From Owenia fusiformis (taxonomy: Eukaryota): a DNA stretch of 64,000 bases. The notes under the pieces are model-generated. The model was not told where the DNA came from and searched no databases. It saw only the letters and a program-made list of their open reading frames with translations. Positions within the stretch are counted from its first letter, which is position 1; every line of letters starts with the position of its first letter. Shown piece by piece: positions 12,301-27,300 of this stretch. Both the position numbers and the translations under genes were made by a program. The DNA lies in NCBI GenBank assembly GCA_903813345.2, contig CAIIXF020000001.1, positions 21,390,001 to 21,454,000 on the forward strand. The letters are read 5' to 3'.

Positions 12301-15300
12301 GAATGACCTTACAATGAAAAACAAGTTATTTGGAACTTGAGGCATTGACTAGCGCCACTTCCCGGCACAGACAATACACATGGCAGTGAAACCAAGAAAA
12401 TAAACTCATGTCATAGCCATGTTGATTTTATTTTGGGAAACAATAGAAACTTGCATGTAAAAAAGCTGCAAAATGAAACTGCCTGGATATAGTTAGCACC
12501 ATGGGTTGAAAATAGTAAAAACATCAGCAATGAATCGGTAAGATTTTATACTTGTCTTTTTATTGGTCCCTGCATGCCAAATTCAGCCCACTTTTGCTGG
12601 TAGGTAGGTACCATGTTCTTGTTTCCAGGCATACCGTTTGACCACAGACTTATGAAGTGAGCATACTATCATTATGGAATTACTTTTTTTATACTCCAGG
12701 AAATGAACGTCAAAATTTTCCTTTTGACCATGCATGAGGAGTGAGTCACCCTTCTATCTTATCTTATATTCAGTAGCCAGTATTAGATATAGAGTATATT
12801 ATAGAGGGAGGGGGATGACTTACTCCTGTGGGAGCATGCCCGGGCCCCAGGGGTGGATCTGGGAACCAACAAGGGGGGGGGCAAATCTCATGTCAGAGAA
12901 AAAAACTTCTTCCTAAAACCCAAAAGTGAGCCCAACTTTTGAAATTTTGAGGCCTATTTTCTTCAAAATGTGGCCTGAAATTTTAAAATAAGGCCTTAGA
13001 GGGCCCAGTTATGACTTAAAAGGCCCACTTTTTGGGGCTTTAAGGCCTTTTTTGCTCTAAATTTTTTTGGGCCCTATTTTTTTCTGGGGGATATATCCAT
13101 TGAAAGTTTCATGAAAACTGCTGCCTATATTGTTAGTATGTATCTAATGTTTGAATTGAATTGTTTTCATTGATGGATGAATCAAAACGAAATTGTTGGA
13201 CCCCTTATATACATATAGCATGTAGCACGTATGCCTTCACTTTTCTTGAGTATAATATGTATTATATAATTATTTAACAGAGGTCAGTATCATTTATCTC
13301 TCAAGGCAAGATTTTTCTCAGTTTAACAGATGTTTTAGTTTTATCTGCTTTACTCTCTGGCAGATTTATTTGTACTAAGTTATACTTGATAGGGTTTTGA
13401 ATGAATAACATGACATAAGTGGCTTGGACAGTCCAGCTGGTTCCTAAGAAAGGTTATTCAGTGGTCAATGCCACTACTTTGATAAAAACTAAAGTGGTAA
13501 TGCAATCATGTAATCATGTGATGCATTGTTTATGAGATATGTATGGAATGATTGCTTAGAGATGTCCTGTCCATTTTGGAATGTCCCTTCTCTGCACAAT
13601 TGTTCTTTTAGTTTTGTTATTTTCTAAAATCAGATTACCAAATCAACTCTAAATGGAGTTTTACAATCAAGTTAAGTATTAATTTTCAGTAAGTTCAGTT
13701 TTTAGATAATAGTATTTTGCATGTTTAATAAACATGAAATATGGCTCTTGTTATATAAAGATTATCCTATATGAGGTTCAGGATATTGGGATTATCCCGA
13801 GGCAAATATAATATATTTGCCCGAGGGCCGCAGGTCCCGAGGGAAATATATTATATTGGCCAAGGGATAATCCCAATATCCTGAACCGACTATAGGATAA
13901 TATGTTTATCCCATACCAATCTTGGTCATCTGGTCCACATTGTTCAATCGTGGAAATATTTTAGAATATTTATGTCCAGTTTTGTTTTCTTGGCCGTGGG
14001 CGGATTTTCCTGTTCTCTCAAATATTCCCACATTTATTTTCTCGAATTTTTGATTGATTAAGTGGATGCTCTTTCCCTTTTTTAAACCATCACACAGAAT
14101 CCGATTGTCTGTGTTTTCTCCATTGTAGTTTACAGTCATTACGCGAACGTTACAAATTATGAACAAATATGCGAGCGGCGATTATGACGTAGCGGGCAGA
14201 TATACTATATCTGCCCGCGCGGAGCGGGACGTAAAGCTATATCTGCCCGCTGATGAAAATATAAGTTTTTACAAACCGGCTTTATGTACCCGTAACACGT
14301 CCAAGTATGGGATAAAGATATTTATCCTATGCCAAGTAGAGTTTAAGGGAGATAAGTTGGTAAGATATATCCCGTATCCTGATGTTGAGGTTTCCATATC
14401 CTGAACCTCCATATCTCCCGCCATATCTCCCGCTCCAGGGCATATCTTCCCGCTTCAAAAAAAAAAATTGAAAAAATTAAAAAAAAATTTGAATAAAAAT
14501 TGAAAAAAAGAAAAAATAGAAAAAAATTGAGGTCCCTACAGTCCCTCAGGTAGATATGCATATCTCCCTCTGGATAAACCTCATATCCAAAACTTCCCAG
14601 GATATAACCCTTATATATATATAACAAATGGCACTGGAAATATCCCTTCTAACTGGAAAAGCTTCTAGATTTACACGAAAAGTGTCTAACTGAAAAAGCC
14701 TTTATGTTTACACCAAAAGTGTCCCCTCTAACTGAAAAAGGAAAATCATGGTGAACTTGTTTTCTTATATCATATATCTTACCCTCCAGGTTATTTCCTC
14801 AAATATAAACAGAAGATGGTAAAATAAATAGGAGGTGGGGGTAGGGTAGGTAGTGAGTTTGCAACAAGCTCCTATTTCCTAAAAAAATAAATGAGAGTTT
14901 GGGAAACTTCAAGACAAATTGTATAGACTAGTGAGCATAGAAACTATTTCTTATTTGAAGATTGTGTTATCACAGAATAGTAGACAATTTTAAGATATAA
15001 GTGGTAATTTTATATGTTGTTATACATAATAAAACATCATTGGGACAGGCATAGAAGATAAATCTATTTGATTAGATTACTATTGCAACCTACTTTGGCC
15101 TGTTATAGTGTTATATTTGTGTCAGTGTTATATTTGTGTCACAGTTATATTTATATCATTGCAGTATCAAGGTGGGTAGGCATCAATCTATTTGATTAAA
15201 TGATTATTATCGCAGCCTCCTTACTCTGCCTGTTATTGTGTTATATTTGTGTCACCATTATACTGCCACTGCTGTATCGAAGTGGGTAGTGATGTGTGCT

Positions 15301-18300
15301 CGTAGAATTCAGCCCCGGAGAAAGAATGGCCAATATGGGATGATTAGTATTGTTACAGCTAAAATCACTTTCTTTCCCAAAATCATACACACATGCACAA
15401 GTTACAGTATTAGTCAATAAAATATCTAGTATGTATGGTATGGTATGGTATGGTATGGTATGGTATGGTATGGTATGGTATGGTATGGTATGGTATGGTA
15501 TGGTATGGTATGATGTTATATGGTTTCTGGTTAGGTATGGTATGATATGGTTTGGTGTGGTATATTTGGTATGTATTTCCAGGCTTGGTCATTCCACTAT
15601 TTTGGATGTTGACCTTTTTTAAGCAAATGTTTCATGAAAGCGTTATCTCCCTAAGTAGTGCCTGGATGAAAGATTTGCTGTGAACAATAAGATGATATAT
15701 TAATAATTATGAAATAAAAATAGAAGTGGTTGGCACACAAAACAAACAAACACAAAACAAACACACAAAATTAGACAGTGTAGAAGCCATATTGCTCAAT
15801 GCTCATACTATAGATACATTCTGATTTTAAATTATCAGAATCTTTCTTTATCTTAAACTGTGGATCTCACAATGACTTTAAGCTCCTGAGAGAGAACTTG
15901 AGATTAAGGAACAATTTCCATCTTGGCAGGTAGCTGGGTTCTCTGAATTTTAATCCCCTCATGTCTTGTCTAGGTATATTCTAGGCACTAGAGATTTGAA
16001 AAGAAGTTGAGCATTTCTGTTATCACTAAGAATTATAGTCCATTACTGTATTCATCTGACATGTGATCAGCTTATATTAATCGGGTCATAGATATTCATT
16101 TCCCTCAATTCGAATCCCATCTGATTAAATCTAATAGAAATGTAATAGGGCTGAAATTGTAGATACATCTGTTGCATTTATATTGAGTAAATAGGCGTCT
16201 GCTATTGTAAAACATTCACTAGATGGCAGCACCAGTAGTGTTTATCAGAAAGAACTGGACTTACACCCGAGATAACATACACATCAGAATATTACCTTAG
16301 TATCTCTTTGGATATGATTTAAAGATAGCATTTCATGTTTAAATGATTCACACATATGGATAAAATGGCTGTAAAAGATTGGAAAGGAAATATGCTTTTT
16401 AAAGGTAAGATTATGTATTTCAAGAAAATTATCCAACATATACATTCAGCCTGTGCTATAGGCCACAGATTGAGCTAGGCACGTATTGATTTGCCAGGCG
16501 GCTAAAGCTACATAACTGTTTGCTGTTCTAAGTTCACTGGCTATTACTATGTAAAACATCAACTGTGTGCACATACACTTTACAGCCAGGGATAAAAATT
16601 CAGTTTAAGTCTGGTATTGGTTTACCTGGCCAAGTTGTTGAATTCACCATGTAAATGTACTTGGTATTTTATCTGAATGTTTAAATAATATTAATGCTTT
16701 TGTGGTTTCTTAAGGGCACATGCTGTTATGCAGAACATTATTCTCACAGCGCTTTAATAATCAGTGTATGGAAATTATAGCATATATATATACAAATGTA
16801 TTATACTGTATTTGTTAATGGTCCCTAGATTTTTTTGCTATTTATATACCAGTATAGCACTGTAGTATTCAAATGCGCACCACATGTAAATCTCTTATAA
16901 ATTAATGATCATGATGACGACTTGTATGTTACAAAACAAGTGCCAATATATGCTAGATACATATGGCTGTAGATCCAGCATGTGAAATACTGGTATTCAT
17001 ATGTCTATTGATCGTGTAGCTAGGCACAACAAGTAGAATGATTCATGTGAATGTATTTAATCATGCCATTATAGAGAAAATCATTATAGAGTATATAGTA
17101 AAACTGTCGAGTAGAAAACTTCAAGAGAAAACTTAAGTTGAACACTTTTTATAGTTAACAAACTCAGTGACATGCTTTTTATGTGGTCAAGCAGAGCATT
17201 CGATAGCATGGCCCTTATATTTTAAAAGCACATTAATTTTGGGCATTAGCTATATACCTGTTTCTTCAATCGATTTGAACATTCATTTTCTCCTTGTCAA
17301 TCTCAAATCATGGACATAACGCTATATTTCTGAGTAGTACGCCACCACGGGAACAAGAGTTGAGCGAAGCAAAAAAGAGTGTTTAGGGGGGTCTGGGGGT
17401 TCTCCCCACGAATATTTTGAAATTTGGTTGTATTTGGAGCGAATTTGCAACCATCTGATAAGCCTGTGCATACCAGGCGCTACACCTGTCCAAATTGCAG
17501 AGGTGTTCACTTTACTTTTTGAGATTCACGCAGTAAATTCAGACAGTGTTTCAAAATGTTAACATAGCCTTCTATTCTAGTTTGATAATTCATGCATGCA
17601 TAAGAACAAATGAACTTAATTTTGGTAATTCCTGTCACTTGGAGAAAATATGCTTTTTGTGCTAAGTTAAAGATGTAAACCATATATGGAATGAGTTATA
17701 CAAGTATAAAGACCTGAAAATAATGTACTTCAATTAGGAAGCCATTAAAATTTCTGAACATGCGGATATCTCTCACAATTTATCGATTAGTTCTGTAAAA
17801 AGGTTCCTGTGACAACTATTGAATTGCATGGCATTAGATTGATCTATGTTAACAGTTAGGTATCTAAACCACACTCGCATTTGGCACATAAGGTGGTCAC
17901 CAAAATATTTGTTTTATTATATTATACACCAAAATCATAAATATATCCCAGGAGTAGTGACTATATATATATATACAGTGTATAGAGGTATCCACTGCTC
18001 TTAAGAATTTCTCATATTTGACTTACATGATTGGTAAATATCACCTCGTGAATATACTTCATTTTACATGACCTGGATTTAACCAATGATAAAGTAAGAA
18101 GCTTGATCATGATATGATAATTAAAAATGTTATTCACTTTTTCTGACCAGAAATCATTGATTGTAAAATGCACTGTGATATTATTATTATTGATATTATA
18201 CTGGTTTACAGTAATTTTTCATTTTATTTTGAAATTGATGAAACATTGCATTTCGGTAACCCGGTAATTGATTTCCAGTAACGGTAAATCTCAATTACCT

Positions 18301-21300
18301 GGAATTAATCGGTATTACACATTTTACTGTCAGTCTCTAAGTGACAAACATGTAAGGTGTATTAACCTGGCAAAATAAGTGTTATTCAAATTTTGTGTCA
18401 TAGCTGATAATTTGCCCTTAATGCCTATATTATTAAAATAAATTTGATCGGGGCAGACGATCAGTTTCATGTCATCTTGGCTTGAACTCTAGATTTTGAA
18501 CTGGGTGTCATGTTTGAATTTTCAAGAGGGTGCAGCACATCACTTCAGTGCTATGGATATCACTTGCCAGATTCAAACATGACACCAGATTCAATTTTAA
18601 AGCGAGTCTATACAGGTAATATAAGATGACACCATGTGTCTAATAAAATGCCATTGCATGTTGGTAATCTGTGGTATATACTGTTTTTCAAAAAGAACAC
18701 CAAAGAGAAAATTGCTAAAAATCATCAAACATCTATTATTAATAAAAGACAATCTTCAATAGTACCATGTACTAGCTCTCCAGTGTCATTCAATGTAGTA
18801 GATGACGTTTTTGTAGAAGAAGTATTTGTACTTGTAGAAGTACAAGTATTTGTATTTTTTTATTTAATCGAATGTGGGTGCACTCTCTCTTTTTGTTTTG
18901 CATTTCTAGTTCATATACAATTGTACATCTTAACCCTTGACCCTCCCACTCATATACCTAAATTTCAAGACATGTTTCACAAAGCACACTAAATCATTGA
19001 AAAATCATGAATAAAAATGAGTCACCAAAATCAAAATATCTTACTTGAATTTTGTACTGTATACGTTTCACCCAGAAAAAGCACTTGGATCTTATTTGAT
19101 GCCAGATAATCAAAATTGACCAACCAAACCAATATAGTGAAACCTGTATATTCAAACACCTCTCAATGTCAATACACGTACTTTTCTTGGTCTCAATGTC
19201 AATACACGTACTTTTCTTGGTCTCAATATCAATAGATGTACTTTTCTTGGTCTCAATGTCAATACATGTACTTTTCTTGGTCCCAATTTTGTTCACTTCC
19301 ATAGATTCACTTATTTAGAAAACCTTGAAATGTTAACATCTACATGTATAAATAGGAACACTTCTGGTCAATCCGAATGGCATTTGGATTCAACAGGTTC
19401 TACTGTACTTATTTACATTCAGACGCTCGTTACATCTCCCCTCTTACATACTAGAATATCTGTCAGAAAAATGCCATGGTATATGATGATGTTACTTTTA
19501 TTGTGATGATGTCATCCCAATTCATGTTATTGTTTATGACAGGTCGTTTGGAATAAATCTCTTTCCTTATTCCAACAAGATATATGGCATATTAAATCTC
19601 CTCTCTCAATTATCTGGAGAGCAATAAAATTATCATGTTCTGTACTGTAAATATTGATAGACTTGAAGGCTGTGATAAGTAATGTCTCTGCCTATGTGGG
19701 TTTCTAATAAGAATTAAAAATGTATATATTTCTGTTACAAGCAGTTACAAGGTTTGTTTAATAAGAAATTACACATCAGACGAAATCGTATGACAAGAAA
19801 TGATATGGTCCTTCGCCATATTCTTAAATTGAAACACTTTTTATGTTACCACCAATAGTGGTGTCATATTGTTATGGTTTCCAACTTTTTTTTGTGACAG
19901 GGGTTCATGGTCAGCGTTTGGAGTTCAGCATCTGTAACAAATGGGAGGTGGTGGCGAGGTTACAGTGCATGTTAATTGTTGTTAATGGTAGATGTTCACT
20001 GAAGAGAGATGTTTACACTAGACAGATCTGTTCATTTTAGAAATATATTCCTATTAGAGAAATAAGTACACTAGAGAGAGGAGCTTAACAGAGAAATGTA
20101 CAGGGTGGTCCAAAAAATGGGAAACGTATTTCAAGCATAACCCTCAATCTTGGCCTAAACTGGTCGATAGCGTCATTGATATGCTTTTGAAATAATGAAT
20201 GACACTTCTCAACAATTCTACCATTAGGGGATAAAATAGATATAAAGGATTAATGGTACACCAACTATGTTAGTTCTCCCCATTAGTGGTCCATCAGGTG
20301 ATCTGAGGGCCAGTGATTTCCTGATCTCATATTCGAATCATTTTGTTTTCCAAGAGATTGGAGTCCAAGCCATAGATCCCACAAGACAGTCAAATATTTA
20401 AAGGAGAGTGTGTATAGATTCTCCAATCTCCCCCTTATCACTGGCCCCCAGATCATTCGATGCCAACATCTGCGACTACCACATATGGGGAAAACTAACA
20501 ATTGGTATACCATGAACTCTTTACATCTATCCAGGACAGAATTGTTGAGAAGTGGAATTCGTTATTTCAAAAGCATATCAATGATGCTATTGACCAGTTT
20601 AGGCCAAGATTGAGGGTTATAATTGATCAAAATAGATGACATAATGAACATCTGTTTGTGGCGCCAAAAAACCTTGGTTTTTGCAAGTTTTTGAAAACCT
20701 GTTTTGAATAAAATGATATAATTTGTATTATGGACGCTGGTTGACATGTATTATAGTAAATTTGAATTTGAACTGATTGATCAAAAGGTATTCTTTATGA
20801 ATATGTTCTCCTGTGATATGTGTATAAATTACAAGTTTACTGTATAGCATTAGAATGATCTCATGTGTTATTTGCTGGGCATTTAGTTTTATCAAGGTGA
20901 CCTTAAATGCCTCATATACTTGACCTTTGCTTAAAGATATAATAGAGACATATGTAATAAATAAGTTCTTTAATGGTATAATATAACTAGCTGTGCATAA
21001 ATGTTCATCTCTTTTGGTTTATGACTAGTATTTTTTATAGGTTCTAGCCAAAACCCAGAATTTATTGTCATTCATCAGTATCATCTGATAAGCTGCAAAT
21101 GGGTGTCTTGCATTTAATTTTCAAGCTATACATGTATATGTATTGTAAGATGTCAGTTGCACCATTGAAACAACATGCCTGATATACCTCCCATATATGT
21201 ATGATTACAGTGATATTGAACTCAACAGATTCTTGATTATTAATATACCATTATATCCAAGTTTCACAAAGTAAACTTTTATAGTAATTTAGCAAGGCAA

Positions 21301-24300
21301 TTTCAGGTTCTTGTCATATTCTGTTGAACCACATATTGTCGTGCTGACATTGACATCGTGCTGACATTGACATCGGTCTCCTGGTAGACTTTGAATAGCT
21401 GACTGTAAGGAATTACATGTCATTGAAAGGATTCTACTTGATTTATTTCCTTTTTGTCTGTTTTTTATTGCCATATGATGATGGACTTGAACCATGCTTT
21501 GTTATTGTTAACCCCCTTTTTAACAAGCAAACTGTAATGAGTTGTGCTTTAAAGACATTTTAATGTTCAAATAATGGATAGGTCCTCCAGAGTTGAATAA
21601 AGGTTCTCTATATAGATAAAAGGAGACATCATCTGCCTGGTCCAATTATTATTCTGGAATAGAAAGCATTGGGTCTGGTATTCTGGTTCAATGATGTTCT
21701 TCATTCTTTCTCTTGCAATATTTCTCATTGCATCAAATAAATGAAACTCAAGTAGATTGCATTTTGATCCATCAAGGTATTACATATGACTGAAGGAATA
21801 CACTGGTTCAACAGTATGAGTGGATTGCTACTCTGGGCTCAAATGTAAAAAAATCATCCTCTTACTAAGATTGATAATTTTTTTCAGTTTGCATTCAACC
21901 AATTAGTTCCAACTTTTCAATCAATGGAGATCACATATATGGTCAAAATAACGACCATCTCTGATTTGCTTATTTGTTTAAGGGTCTAATTGATTATGTA
22001 GAGTATTGAGATGAAGATGCTGATCAGTTTTTCAAAGGGGATCAAATAGTCTAGCTACAAGCCTTTGCGCCCCCACCCCACTACACACCTGTGTGAGAAG
22101 GTTTCTTACCTTTATGTAGTCAAGTAGTTGGAGGGGGTGGTCATGGGCTTATAGCTTGACTAGATATCAAAGTTCTACACTAAACATTAGCTTGTGCATA
22201 AGGATAACTAGGCCACACTGACATTCCCTCACTGCTAATGTCACATTTAAGGCCCAAGGCACAGCAGCCTTGAAATCATATACCACCATCAAAGGTCAGG
22301 CTTATTTTGCACTGCTTATTTTGTTTTCCTCTATGTACCTCACAACAATAAAACATTTTTGTAAATAGTACATAGCTAACATGAATACTTGTCCATGTAT
22401 CAGACCATAGTGTCCCTAACACCAGTGTATGCCCTAAGGATTCCAGAGCTGCTGGTCAAAAAGGCATTACTGACCAGTTGCAATGTTATTTTCCTATACC
22501 TAGTGAAAAAATCAACTGGTCAGTATCAAAAGTAACCAGATAATGACCAGCTGTCCGACGCTTAAGGCGTGCCCTGCCTAACACACATATACTTGAACAT
22601 ACATCTTGGCTTATTTCGGATTTGGTTCAACTGATGATGCAAATACACAAAGTCATTTTCTCTATTATGGTGCTCCCATTGTGGGATCCAGAGCCTTTAC
22701 TATGCCTTGGAATGTACACACTCAAGCATTAGATAGGCTCTGATAAATCAGAATGGGATGCTACACTTGTTCCCCATATCCATATTAAGCTTCACAGGAA
22801 CCTTCAAAGTATAAGTGCTGTATTGTGCTATACTCTGACCATCTCTGTATTGTAAAGAATCTATGAGGGTCTGAAACAAAGCTGTGTGAGATATGTGTGC
22901 CAAATTTTTTTGTATGGGACTATCAAAAATCAGGAAAGCACATTGTTCAACTAGTACATTCCTTTCAGTCATATGAACACCTCATTGGATAGAGGAGATT
23001 GATCAACTGTAAAAGCCATGGTTCAACATGTATATGTTTGAATATGAATAATTCACTTCTTTGCACTCCCAGTATCTTAACTGCATGCCATGAGTCAAGA
23101 TGAAGATGTACGTTTTTATGAACAGTGCTATTATTACCAGTTATCATTGAATGTATTCAACTCTTGTCCTCTATCTTATGTGCTACTATTATGAACTTTT
23201 ATCATCATTTTGTCCTTCTTAATTAGGATATCTTCAGTGGTATGTTTCCTTGATGGTTAGATGGAAATTTATTGCATGTTATGTGGTTAATCTTGTGGTT
23301 CAATGTTGTCAGAGGAGTGAACTTTATATGAGTATGCGCTGTCATTGTTAAACTAGTTTTCTTTTTCAAATGCAGTCACCCTGTTCTTGGTTCAAAATGA
23401 TATGTCTTTCTGTTCAGGAGATAACATTTTACATGCTATATAAAATAAATGTTTTACAAGATTTCGACATGAACATTTATCCAGATAACTGTAGAGTTGC
23501 ATGTGTTTTCAACATATGTCCCTAAGCTTACAGTAAGTGTTGATTAGATGCCTGGCATTTTAAGGTCAATGTACAAAAACTTGAATAGAAAATGGCTGTT
23601 CTATTCAAAGATTGTAAACCTTGAATTCAGCAGGAATAAGAAAAAGTATTTGAGAGTTAGCTGTCCTTTGTACATCAAATCCAGCAAATATATTTTATGT
23701 TATTTATGTTCATGTAAGCATAGACTTACAGAAATTAAGACAGCTATCAAATAGGCTAATGCAGTGGGTGTATGCCTGTTTGTGATTTTCAAAGTACAAT
23801 TCAATGTGACTTATAATTTGATAACTCATATTTTAGTAAATCCTGAAAAAGAAAATGACAATGAAAAATGGCAAATGGCTTATTGCGAGTGATATAGAAT
23901 CTGAGGCCTATCATAACGAAGCCAAGGGAAAGATATTTTGTGTTCCAATAAGTGTAGCCCTATTTCTAGTATAACGAAAAATAGTTAAAATAGATGTTAA
24001 AAATTACTTGCTTGGGAACTAGGGGAGTTTGTATGTATCATATGTAAAGAACAGTTGTGACATGTATGTGTATATTTAATATAAGCTTCATGTGTTCCTT
24101 TGCTATTTCTTTGTTTAGTATGGACCAAAGCTTTTATTCTGATTTCACATGGAGATTAGATATCTCAAAAGCAACATTATGCTCCACATGTGACGTCTTT
24201 CATTTCATGGACTGAGTTAGTATTAACAGAAGGGGAGGGGGTTATTACAGAATAAAGGTTTATTGATGTCAAAGATCATTTCATCAATTTTTGGCATCAC

Positions 24301-27300
24301 TTCATCTTTAATACCATTTTTAATGTCAAAGATGATATCTTCAACTTTTTTCTAAAATTTTGATTGTGTCCTCATATTTATAAAGTAAGTCCTGACTGGG
24401 ATCAGTTGATTATCTACTAGTTCGTGTATAAATGACATGATCTTCAATATCAAAATGGTCAAAATGATTACATTGAAGTTAAACAGTACATAAAATCATG
24501 ATTGACTTATCTCTAATCATGTTTAGTCATTTAAAGCTGATTCTCTTTCATTTCATTAACATAGTGGAAGATTTTGTGATTTTTATTTGTGCAACATTTT
24601 AGAATTTTCTCATTTTTTATTGTAGCATTTTAGAGGACACATCTAATTGCATTGAGGAGCGTTTGGTTTTGTAAAATACATGGCGGTGGTGCGCCTCAGA
24701 GATTACACTTCAGACATAGAGTCGCAGGTTCATACTTTGCACCATACACTTTATGCATTTGTATTTTGTTTATGAAATTGAGAGTTGGCCAAAGGTTGTG
24801 TTAGCTATCAGATAAGTGTAGAATGTTTTGCACTAGAGAACCTAGAACAGCTGTTTTGTTGATAGTTATTCCAACTGAATGTGTGTGTTAGGTTCTGTGT
24901 TGAGACAGGTATGTACAAGAAAAAAAATGAGTGCATGTATACTATATACTTATTATTACACTCGTTCTGTCCTGGTATATACTCATTTTGTTTTTGAGTA
25001 TACTCATTCTTTCACTCGATTTGTCCTGGTATGTGCAAAGTTTGTTTTAGTTGCATATACTTATTCTCACACACATTCTGTCCTGGTATTCATCCTTATA
25101 TTCATTCTGTTCTGGTATGCACTCATTTTGTTTTTGAGTACACTCAGTCTTTCACTCGATTTGTCCTGGTATGTGCAAAGTTTGTTTTAGTTGGATATAC
25201 TTATTTTTACACACATTCTGTCCTGGTATTCATCCTTATATTAATTCTGTCCTGGTATACACTCATTTTTTTGAGTACACCCAGTCTTTCATTCGATTTG
25301 TCCTGGTATGTGCAAAGTTTGTTTTAGTTTGATATACTTATTCTCACATACATGCTGTCCTGGTATTCATCCTTATATTCATGCTGCCCTGGTATTCATC
25401 CTTATATTCATGCTGCCCTGGTATTCATCCTTATATTCATTCTGTCCTGGTATGCACTCATTTTGTTTTTGAGTATACTTATTCTCACACTCAATCTGTC
25501 CTGGTATTTTCTCATTTTTGAGTATACTCATTCTTACACTCATTCCATTCTGGTGTGTACTTATTTTGTTTTGAGTACACTCATTCTGGATTAAAGAAAA
25601 GGTTGGAAAAAAGGTTGAAGCAAGACTACAATTTCATGAGTTCATTATTAACAACGGTCACACATTATGATTTGAAAGTGATAACATACATAGAAATCTT
25701 TGTCTTTGAAAATATAATGTCAATAGTACTATGAAATGCCAGATATTGCATGAGAGTCTTCATAACACAAGCTATAATCTAGTAATTATTGAGGATTATT
25801 TCATCACTTGTAAATGGATTAAAATCTTCCATAACTGCAGTTAGGCCTGTGCTAGTCATGTACTTCTCGTACATGCTAACCTCATACTTAAGACAATCTT
25901 GATAACATATTATCTGTGGGTGTCTAAGTCATGTATTGTATTGTGTTAAATATTATGTGGTGCAGTGCCAGTACTGAGTACCATTCAGACTTGTTATATA
26001 TGGTGATAATAGTGTTTTGCTGACCGACTTTGTCTCAGACTCCATCTCACTGATAGATCTCCACTGAAAATGAATTTTAGCTTTCCTGAAATTTATCACT
26101 CGTTGTCAGAGGGATGAACTAGTTAAGACAGCAATATGACTTTTTCTGTTTTTCATCTTTGAAGCAAACTTGGCCTTGTATTTTCACAATTATGTACATA
26201 TCTTAGCTTATGTTTTGGGTTATTTGCCAATCTATGCTTGTTGGTATATAAGCATAAATATATAATATTATGCATGAAACGCTGTGACCTTAAATGTAAT
26301 CTGTAAATTCATTTTGACATTGTAATATGTCGTAAATATGAAACTTAATATGCTTTTAAAGCCAAAACGTTCATCATATTACTAAACAGTGTTTAAGCTA
26401 TATACTCGACCAATGAATAAGAGTAGTGTTGTTTTAAGATAGAACTACACAATTTTTTTCTATTTAAGGCTTATTTTCTTGATAATTTGGGCCTACCTAA
26501 TCTGGGCCAACCCAAGGGGGCCCCTGCCCCCCCCCCCCCTCCAAGTTTTCTAGCCCTCTAATAGAAATCCGCCTTTCTACTATAGAATTTAAATAAAACC
26601 TCCACCATTGAACAACATTCGCAAATATTTTTAACCAATGTATACCATGAAAAATGTTGATGGAATAACATGTTACTCACAGACCTATGAGATATGTACA
26701 GGCAGAGTCCACAAATTTACCTTGTGTTAAATCTGTTTTTATTCTTTTAACTTTTAATATTTTCAAGATTATGTTTTGTATTAACAGCATAATAGAGATT
26801 TTTACCGAGGCCCTTCACAAGCACATTATTGTATGTTTTAAATGTGGAATAAATGTTTAAACTGTACAATACAGTATATAACAGATCAGCAATGTAGACC
26901 TCCCTAGATGGAGTTTTCATGTTAGATCTACGATTTGTATTTCTTACCAAATATACCAATTCACCTGTCTATTGTTACCATAAGCAAGCAATGTTTAGAC
27001 TGGATTGCTTATATATACATACTGACATTGGAGAAACACTTTGCAAATCTCAAATTGAAAAGCACCAGTCTACATCACACAAACCCAGGAAATGAGATAT
27101 TCACTATTTATTCACTTCATTGGTCCTTGTATATATTGGAAATATGCTGAAGACTGTGGCAAGGTTGTATATAGAAGTTCAGTTTATACCTTATAGCACT
27201 ATTCTTATAAACAATGCTTACTGGCACTAAACATCGTGATAAACTATGTCATCTCATTTCTTCTCAGTTGTGACACTTTATGACACAGTGAAACATTTCT

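Noticed and set aside
14159-14404. ORF pair 14159..14404 (+) and 33774..34070 (-) sharing [14 protein letters not shown]
   Set aside because: The similarity comes from two copies of a non-coding repeat; no recognisable domain.
15350-15622. MVWYG / YHTIP repeat ORFs
   Set aside because: Translation of the (TATGG)n microsatellite.
19161-19282. 30-bp direct repeats as a CRISPR array
   Set aside because: No spacers, eukaryotic intron, no cas genes.
24655-24745. tRNA or SINE-like segment (gtcgcaggttcata)
   Set aside because: No cloverleaf and only a partial B box; at most a decayed SINE.
24879-25594. Hydrophobic ORFs
   Set aside because: Translations of a minisatellite.
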